Assembly: GCF_018336915.1 (NCBI RefSeq)
Contig: NZ_CP064923.1
Span: forward strand, 3,870,001 to 3,902,000
Source of the DNA: Acaryochloris marina S15
GTDB taxonomy: Bacteria > Cyanobacteriota > Cyanobacteriia > Thermosynechococcales > Thermosynechococcaceae
Direction: 5' to 3'
Length of the DNA: 32,000 bases
Part shown: one piece after another, positions 27,226-32,000 of the stretch
How positions within the stretch are numbered: position 1 is the stretch's first letter
How the letters are laid out: every line of letters starts with the position of its first letter
Translations under genes and position numbers: made by a program
The notes under the pieces: generated by a model
The model's database searches: none
Seen by the model: the letters and a program-made list of their open reading frames with translations, nothing else
What the model was told of the DNA's origin: nothing

Positions 27226-27843
27226 TGTTGAGGGTTGGGCAAGAATTCCATTCAAGAATATATCTGCCAGGGTCTCGGCCATTTCTCTCTGAAACCCAGG
27301 GGAAGGATCTTCATCCATGAGGGTATCTTGGCTAAATCCGGAAATCATGAACATGCCTAAAAACACACGGGCCACAACCTGGGGATTGAGATCACGATAG
27401 GTTCCTCGCTCAATTCCAGTTTGAATAAAGGCTTCTACCACGTTGGTCATTTTAGAAATGATTTCAGCTTGGATTCGATCCCTGAGTTCAGGATGAAACT
27501 GAGCTTCCATAAAGCAAACTCGCATGAGGTCGGCCTGCTTTGGAAGTGTTAACATCCGCTCGCGCATCAGTTGGGCGATGGATCGATAGCTGCCCATTTC
27601 ACTTAAATGGGTGAGCAAGTCTGTGAGCATTTCACTCCAGCCTTGGGTGACCACTGCGACCAGGATGGCTTTTTTATTTTCAAAATGCCGAAACAGTGTA
27701 CCCTCAGCAATCCCAGCAGCTTCTGCCAATTGACGGGTTGTTGTTTTTTCAAATCCTTGACGGGCAAATAATCGTTGGGCTGCTTCTAAAATACGGTGGT
27801 TGATATCAGGGGGTGTGGCAGTAGAGCGGGTGGAAAGTTGCAT
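27223..27843 (-). CDS. TetR/AcrR-family transcriptional regulator
   Basis: An N-terminal HTH (ILEAAQRLFARQGFEKTTTRQLAEAAGIAEGTLFRHFENK) is followed by a helical C-terminal ligand domain. Length is 206 aa. Confidence 0.85.
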   Translation of the reverse strand: MQLSTRSTATPPDINHRILEAAQRLFARQGFEKTTTRQLAEAAGIAEGTLFRHFENKKAILVAVVTQGWSEMLTDLLTHLSEMGSYRSIAQLMRERMLTLPKQADLMRVCFMEAQFHPELRDRIQAEIISKMTNVVEAFIQTGIERGTYRDLNPQVVARVFLGMFMISGFSQDTLMDEDPSPGFQREMAETLADIFLNGILAQPST

Positions 27844-28042
27844 GATTCAGACCTGAAGCAGCTGATTAGCCTATATTGTCCAATGAATTTTGTAGAACGA
27901 CCGGAAGCATAGGTGTTTCTTTATGAAGGCAATTTCTGAATATAAATGTTTTGGATTCGAGAGCATGGAAAGGATTTGCGTTTAGAACTCTGGGGAATAC
28001 TGAGAAAGAACGTCTAAAAGCTAGATTTTGGGTTCACGGTTG

Positions 28043-28480
28043 ATGAATTTCCTAATCAAACCCTATGAGAGTGTTGGGCCAGTCAAGCTAGGAATGACTC
28101 CTAAGCAAGTTCGACGAGCCTTGAAGTGTTCACCGTCAACATTTGTGAACCCTGATTCCTTTGAAATTAGTGATCATTTTGGTGTGCTTGGGCTGAACAT
28201 CGGTTATCGTGCCCCCAATCACCGTTGCGATCGCATTCTTCTGTTTCTACCCGCAAACCCAATTTTCCAAAATCGCAGTTTACTGAAACGACTATCCATT
28301 GAGAAACTCAGTCAATGGATTAAGTCTATGGATGAGTCAACCATTATGACTGGAATTGAATGTGTATCCTTTCAATTTGGCTTTGCTCTGATTACACCCA
28401 GTTTCAAGCTTTTTAAACATAAGCGTCCCAAAGAAGTCCTCGTTTTTAAGAAAGGCTTTTACAACTATCTTCAAAAATAA
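28043..28480 (+). CDS. Hypothetical protein
   Basis: The ORF runs 28028..28480; ATG at 28043 (MNFLIKPYESVGPVKLGMTPKQV...) is preferred over the upstream TTG. No motif was recognised. Confidence 0.5.
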   Translation: MNFLIKPYESVGPVKLGMTPKQVRRALKCSPSTFVNPDSFEISDHFGVLGLNIGYRAPNHRCDRILLFLPANPIFQNRSLLKRLSIEKLSQWIKSMDESTIMTGIECVSFQFGFALITPSFKLFKHKRPKEVLVFKKGFYNYLQK

Positions 28481-28505
28481 CTAGTAGGTTTCAACTCATA
28501 CTTCA

Positions 28506-29711
28506 ATGGCAAAAAAGAAGAAAAAAGAGCCATCAGGCTGTGGATGTGGCAGTATTCCTATCTCCTTAATCTTGTTGATTTTAGGCGTTGGGGGTTGGTG
28601 GTTTAGCCAAGCAGAGAATCGACAGGTAGGTCGATATTTCCCTAAAGATACAACGGTTACCATTCCCGTTCTAAATCAGCCAATCACCCTCAATCCATCT
28701 TCGCCTTCCCCATCTCCTACCTCTAGCACTGTCCCCATTAAACCTGTCGAACCCCTGCCTACGCCAGAAGTGGTTGAAGTTGAAGTACCGAAAGAAATTG
28801 AATTTCCTAAGGCTTGGACTCAAAAGAAGATGAGGGGGATTTATCTGAGTCGGTATCAAGTCACCAATAACGCTTCTGAGGAAACTATTCGAGAGCGGGT
28901 GCGGTATTATCGCGCCCAAGGGTTCAACACGATTTTGCATGGAGTATGGGGCAATGCCTGTACCATGTATAAAAGTGAAGTGATGGCCCAACAGTTGGGG
29001 TTTCCTAGCTGCCCTAATCTGTTTCAAGATCAATGGCTAGACTGGTTAATCGACGAAGCCCATAAGCAAGATATGCAAGTGCATGCCTACTTTGAGAAAG
29101 GCATCAAAATTGATAAAAATAGCCCTGTTTATGAACGAGCTGTGGCTGAAAAGTGGCTGGTCCCCGGTGTAGATAAAACCTATAGCGGTATCGAGCATTA
29201 TGTCTTGGACGTGGACAACCCAAAAGTAGCAGACTTATTCACAGAGATCACGGTTGAGTTTGTGCAGAAATATCCCACCATTGATGCGGTGCAGTGGGAT
29301 GACTATTTGGGATACCATGCAGAACTGCCAGGCCAGGTAGACCGAACCGCCAGCCTGACGAAATTTTCTCAACGCATGATCAAAGAGATGAAACAAGCCA
29401 ACCCGAAGGTGAGTTTCGATCTTTGTCACCATAATCCTTACTGGTCCAAACGCTATTTTGCTGCAGATTGGAAGAACTGGGATGTGGATCGAGTCTTTGT
29501 CCAAGCCTATAACGAAGCTAATTTTGCCAAGGAATTAGAATACGCCCACGCCCAGGTTGGCATTGCCATTACAGACAACCAACTCCACCGATTACAAGGG
29601 CTGGTCGAGGACCCTAAGGTTAAAGGTATTCTAGTGTTTCCCCTATCCGGCAAACCTGAAAAAACGGCAGTAAAAGTTAAAGACCTGGTACTCAAGATAG
29701 ACAAGGGGTAA
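28506..29711 (+). CDS. Membrane-anchored glycoside-hydrolase-like protein (GHL10 / PF02638-like TIM barrel)
   Basis: The 401-aa ORF has a Lys-rich N-terminus, a TM anchor and a Pro/Ser/Thr-rich linker. The following domain resembles GHL10 proteins (RGIYLSRY..., FNTILHGVWGN, VHAYFEKG, VQWDDYLGY), assigned from memory of the family. Confidence 0.6.
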   Translation: MAKKKKKEPSGCGCGSIPISLILLILGVGGWWFSQAENRQVGRYFPKDTTVTIPVLNQPITLNPSSPSPSPTSSTVPIKPVEPLPTPEVVEVEVPKEIEFPKAWTQKKMRGIYLSRYQVTNNASEETIRERVRYYRAQGFNTILHGVWGNACTMYKSEVMAQQLGFPSCPNLFQDQWLDWLIDEAHKQDMQVHAYFEKGIKIDKNSPVYERAVAEKWLVPGVDKTYSGIEHYVLDVDNPKVADLFTEITVEFVQKYPTIDAVQWDDYLGYHAELPGQVDRTASLTKFSQRMIKEMKQANPKVSFDLCHHNPYWSKRYFAADWKNWDVDRVFVQAYNEANFAKELEYAHAQVGIAITDNQLHRLQGLVEDPKVKGILVFPLSGKPEKTAVKVKDLVLKIDKG

Positions 29712-30017
29712 ATGGCAGGCTTGAATGGGGGGTGATAGCCATTTCCACCAACAGCACTATCATTGCAACATCGGATTGAGTGATTCAAACGCTCGTAGTG
29801 GGACTGCGATCGCAAATACACTCAGAACCTTAATATCGAACCAAACACAATTAATAGGTGTAATATCGCTACCATGCTCCGCCAGCTACTCCTCTCAGCA
29901 GGCTAATGACAATACCCAGACTAACCTCTAGCAATCGGTTTAGAGAGGTCGCTTTCGAAAAAAGCTGTTGCACCTAAAATTTTGTTTACACCTAAAATCT
30001 CAGCATGGCTTAGAGAT

Positions 30018-30053
30018 AAAAAAAGACACCCCCTTCTGCCTCAAGAGAGTGTC
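30018..30053 (-). terminator. Rho-independent terminator of the psbE-like/psbF-like operon
   Basis: The minus-strand RNA GACACUCUCU-UGAGGCAGA-AGGGGGUGUC forms a 10-bp stem with two G.U pairs, followed by UUUUUUU. It lies 24 nt downstream of the stop codon. Confidence 0.7.
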
Positions 30054-30076
30054 AAGCTAGCGTCGTTTTGCCAATC

Positions 30077-30376
30077 TTATTCGCGTTGTAAGACTTCTTG
30101 GAGTTCTTGCAACGTCGGACCACCAAACAGTATTACGTTCCATACAACTGAAAACAAGATTGGCGCCAGCACCAAGGCGAGCCGCAGATCAAGTCCAGCA
30201 ATGACCGTTGGAGCAACTGCCTCATAGACATTCATTCGGTCAATAAACTGCATGGATGCAATTGCGCCGAGGAACCACACCAAGGGAACACCCAACGTGT
30301 GTACCGCTAACCATCGCACCGTATAGATGGGATATGTCCTTTCAGGAGGGCGCTGGAGTCGAGTTCTAGATGTCAT
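30077..30376 (-). CDS. psbF: Cytochrome b559 beta-subunit (PsbF)-like protein fused in frame to a PsbY-like transmembrane helix
   Basis: Residues 1-47 match PsbF ([33 protein letters not shown], heme His conserved). Canonical PsbF ends at this R, but here the frame continues for 52 aa with a second TM helix. AGGAG lies 9 nt upstream of the ATG. Confidence 0.75.
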   Translation of the reverse strand: MTSRTRLQRPPERTYPIYTVRWLAVHTLGVPLVWFLGAIASMQFIDRMNVYEAVAPTVIAGLDLRLALVLAPILFSVVWNVILFGGPTLQELQEVLQRE

Positions 30377-30392
30377 ATCTAATGTCTCCTAA

Positions 30393-30662
30393 TTAGTTGG
30401 TGTCAAGGCTTGGACTAAGATTGCGGAATTCATCGATTTGCTGTTTGCCGGCATATCGATCCGTCACGATCTGAACCTGAGACTCAGACTGAGAAAAATA
30501 TTCATTAGGATGGGGCGTCCCAAAGACGTCATATGCTAGCCCAGTGCTGACAAAAAACCAGCCCGATATAAAAATAGCTGGAATATTGATGACATGGAGC
30601 TTCCAGAACGAAAAATCGGTAATTATCTCGCCAAATGGGCGCTCACCTGTTACACCGGCCAT
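30393..30662 (-). CDS. psbE: Cytochrome b559 alpha-subunit (PsbE)-like protein, divergent copy
   Basis: [51 protein letters not shown] matches PsbE, with the heme His conserved. The ORF starts at 30668, but AGGAG spacing favours the second ATG at 30662 ([10 protein letters not shown]). Confidence 0.85.
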   Translation of the reverse strand: MAGVTGERPFGEIITDFSFWKLHVINIPAIFISGWFFVSTGLAYDVFGTPHPNEYFSQSESQVQIVTDRYAGKQQIDEFRNLSPSLDTN

Positions 30663-30679
30663 AAGCATCTCCTAACTTA

Positions 30680-30744
30680 ATTGAGAATAATTCTTATTCA
30701 CAGCATCATTATTGCAAGTGATTATCAATAATGCAAGAGATAAT
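30680..30744. promoter_or_regulatory. Cluster of Fur-box-like A/T-rich motifs immediately upstream of the psbE-like gene
   Basis: ATTGAGAATAATTCTTATTC (30680..30699) contains the palindrome GAATAA-TTC-TTATTC. Direct repeats ATTGCAAGTGATTA (30711..30724) and AATGCAAGAGATAA (30730..30743) lie 19 bp apart. GATTATCAATAAT and GATAAT hexamers are also present. Confidence 0.4.
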
Positions 30745-30869
30745 TTCTGTTCTCATTAAGATATTCGATAAGTAAAAGCTATAACTGCCCAAGATCAAGC
30801 CATAGAAAGAGATGAGCAAGTCATCACTACCTGCCTATTTGCTGCCCTCTAATCGGCAATGATTTTTAT

Positions 30870-30888
30870 TTTTATTGAGAATTGTTGT
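30870..30888. promoter_or_regulatory. Second Fur-box-like site (TTTTATTGAGAATTGTTGT), ~200 bp upstream of fur
   Basis: It shares the 9-mer ATTGAGAAT (30874..30882) with the site at 30680..30688, in the same orientation and 194 bp apart. Confidence 0.4.
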
Positions 30889-31079
30889 AAATTTGGAGAC
30901 AGACTGAACTCCCATAAGCTCAGATGCGTTGTCCTTTTTCTACTGTTATGACTGGATATAGCGTTGACGTTCACTTGCAATGATTTTGTGGAAACATCAC
31001 AGCCATAACTAACAGCTGCCTTTATATACAGCCATCGATCTACCCAAGTCCAGAGGAAATTATCTAGTTAGGACGGTAC

Positions 31080-31526
31080 ATGTATACTTCCAGTTCGCTC
31101 AAAGCAGAATTAAATGAGAAAGGGTGGCGACTAACTCCTCAACGGGAAATCATCTTGACCGCCTTTCAAGAGTTACAGAAAGGGCAACATCTTAGCGCCG
31201 AAGATCTCTACGAGCTGTTATTACAACAAGGCAGCCCCATCAGCCTCTCAACCATTTATAGAAATACCAAACTCATGTCTCATATGGGGATTCTCCGAGA
31301 ACTAGAATTCGCTGAAGGGCATAAACATTATGAGCTGAACCAACCCTACCCGAATCATCATCATCATCTGATCTGTGTCAAATGTAATCAAACGATTGAG
31401 TTCAAAAGTGATTCAATCCTCAAAGTGGGGAAAACCAAAGCCAAGCAATCTGGTTTTCATCTCCTAGACTGTCAATTGACGATTCACGCCATTTGCCCAA
31501 CTTGCAAAAATGCAAAGGGACAGTGA
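31080..31526 (+). CDS. fur: Ferric uptake regulator (FurA-type Fur-family transcriptional regulator)
   Basis: The 148-aa ORF has LKAELNEKGWRLTPQRE, a winged-helix region, the HHHHLICVKCNQTIEF metal site and a C-terminal CPTC. It is very similar to cyanobacterial FurA/Sll0567 as recalled. Confidence 0.9.
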   Translation: MYTSSSLKAELNEKGWRLTPQREIILTAFQELQKGQHLSAEDLYELLLQQGSPISLSTIYRNTKLMSHMGILRELEFAEGHKHYELNQPYPNHHHHLICVKCNQTIEFKSDSILKVGKTKAKQSGFHLLDCQLTIHAICPTCKNAKGQ

Positions 31527-31550
31527 TCCACCCATCATGGTTGGGTCAGA

Positions 31551-31922
31551 TTATTTAATTTCTAGGGCTTCAGACCCACCTTCCTCTAGAGTTCTCAGGA
31601 GTATTCCCAGCTGATACCACACCAGCAGCCCACTGGATAGAATCACAAAGGAAGACATGGCAAACCCAACAGCCCAGGTCACCGCAAAAGTCGTTAAGGC
31701 TGAGCCCACAAAAATCCAGCTACAAAGACAGATACCTAGATAAGGCACAAATAGCCTGGGTTCATAAATATTCCGGAGTGGTTTATCGGATAGCCCCTCA
31801 GACCATTCTTGCGTCTTGCGTCTGATAGAAACTTCAAACGCTTTGCCACAAGCAAATCCGCCGAGAGCCGCAATGCCAACCAAAAAATATGGCGGAGCAG
31901 GAATTTCGAAAAGAAAGTGCAT
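31551..31922 (-). CDS. Hypothetical integral membrane protein (3-4 predicted TM helices)
   Basis: The 123-aa hydrophobic ORF is convergent with fur, with only 24 bp between the stop codons. Confidence 0.55.
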   Translation of the reverse strand: MHFLFEIPAPPYFLVGIAALGGFACGKAFEVSIRRKTQEWSEGLSDKPLRNIYEPRLFVPYLGICLCSWIFVGSALTTFAVTWAVGFAMSSFVILSSGLLVWYQLGILLRTLEEGGSEALEIK

Positions 31923-32000
31923 GCATTACACCCTATAGAGCAAACTGAGAAAATTCAGTAGTAAATATATCTATTCTGATTGAAACTCAATTTGTCGATA

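Noticed and set aside
29725-30227. ORFs 29725..29931 (+) and 29982..30227 (+) between the GHL10 gene and psbF-like
   Set aside because: They have no RBS or motif. The second overlaps the terminator and the psbF-like coding region on the opposite strand. The region is better explained as convergent 3' UTRs; it contains a HIP1 site and a duplicated CACCTAAAAT 10-mer at 29971..29980 and 29990..29999.
1-32000. Search by eye for tRNA, rRNA, tmRNA or other structured RNA genes in the larger intergenic regions (2055-2368, 14210-14618, 19016-19338, 22534-22952, 26423-26884, 29712-30076, 30669-31079)
   Set aside because: No cloverleaf-compatible sequence (GTTCRANNC T-loop with matching acceptor stems) and no rRNA-like conserved block was recognised. 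A covariance-model scan (tRNAscan-SE/Infernal) would be needed to exclude small RNAs.

Overview
The window is chromosomal DNA from a cyanobacterium. It carries photosystem genes (psaK, psbE/psbF-like), phylloquinone men genes, ycf39, and at least 10 copies of the HIP1 octamer GCGATCGC. All calls rest on reading the translated ORFs and the DNA by eye; no database search was run.

Gene order:
- M19 dipeptidase.
- A TAXI solute-receptor gene truncated next to a transposase remnant.
- A tightly coupled three-gene cassette: two paralogous pol-beta-type nucleotidyltransferases flanking a small unknown protein.
- A six-gene Tax/Hmp-type chemosensory operon on the minus strand: PatA-type RR, CheY, CheW, two tandem MCPs, hybrid CheA.
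- menF-menD, with menA divergent.
- A class-B DnaJ, ycf39, nadK, a small zinc-ribbon protein, uvrC, glgA, psaK, a TetR regulator, a hypothetical protein and a membrane-anchored GHL10-like hydrolase.
- A divergent cytochrome b559 pair, then furA and a convergent membrane-protein gene.

Most interesting observations:
1. The uncharacterised nucleotidyltransferase cassette at an island-like junction, preceded by a 44-bp palindrome.
2. A psbE-like/psbF-like pair that lacks psbL/psbJ. Its PsbF is fused in frame to a PsbY-like helix, and it is divergently transcribed from furA across a region with repeated Fur-box-like motifs.
3. An MCP with ten 54-bp tandem repeats encoding an acidic EEFT tail.

No rRNA, tRNA or CRISPR array was recognised.
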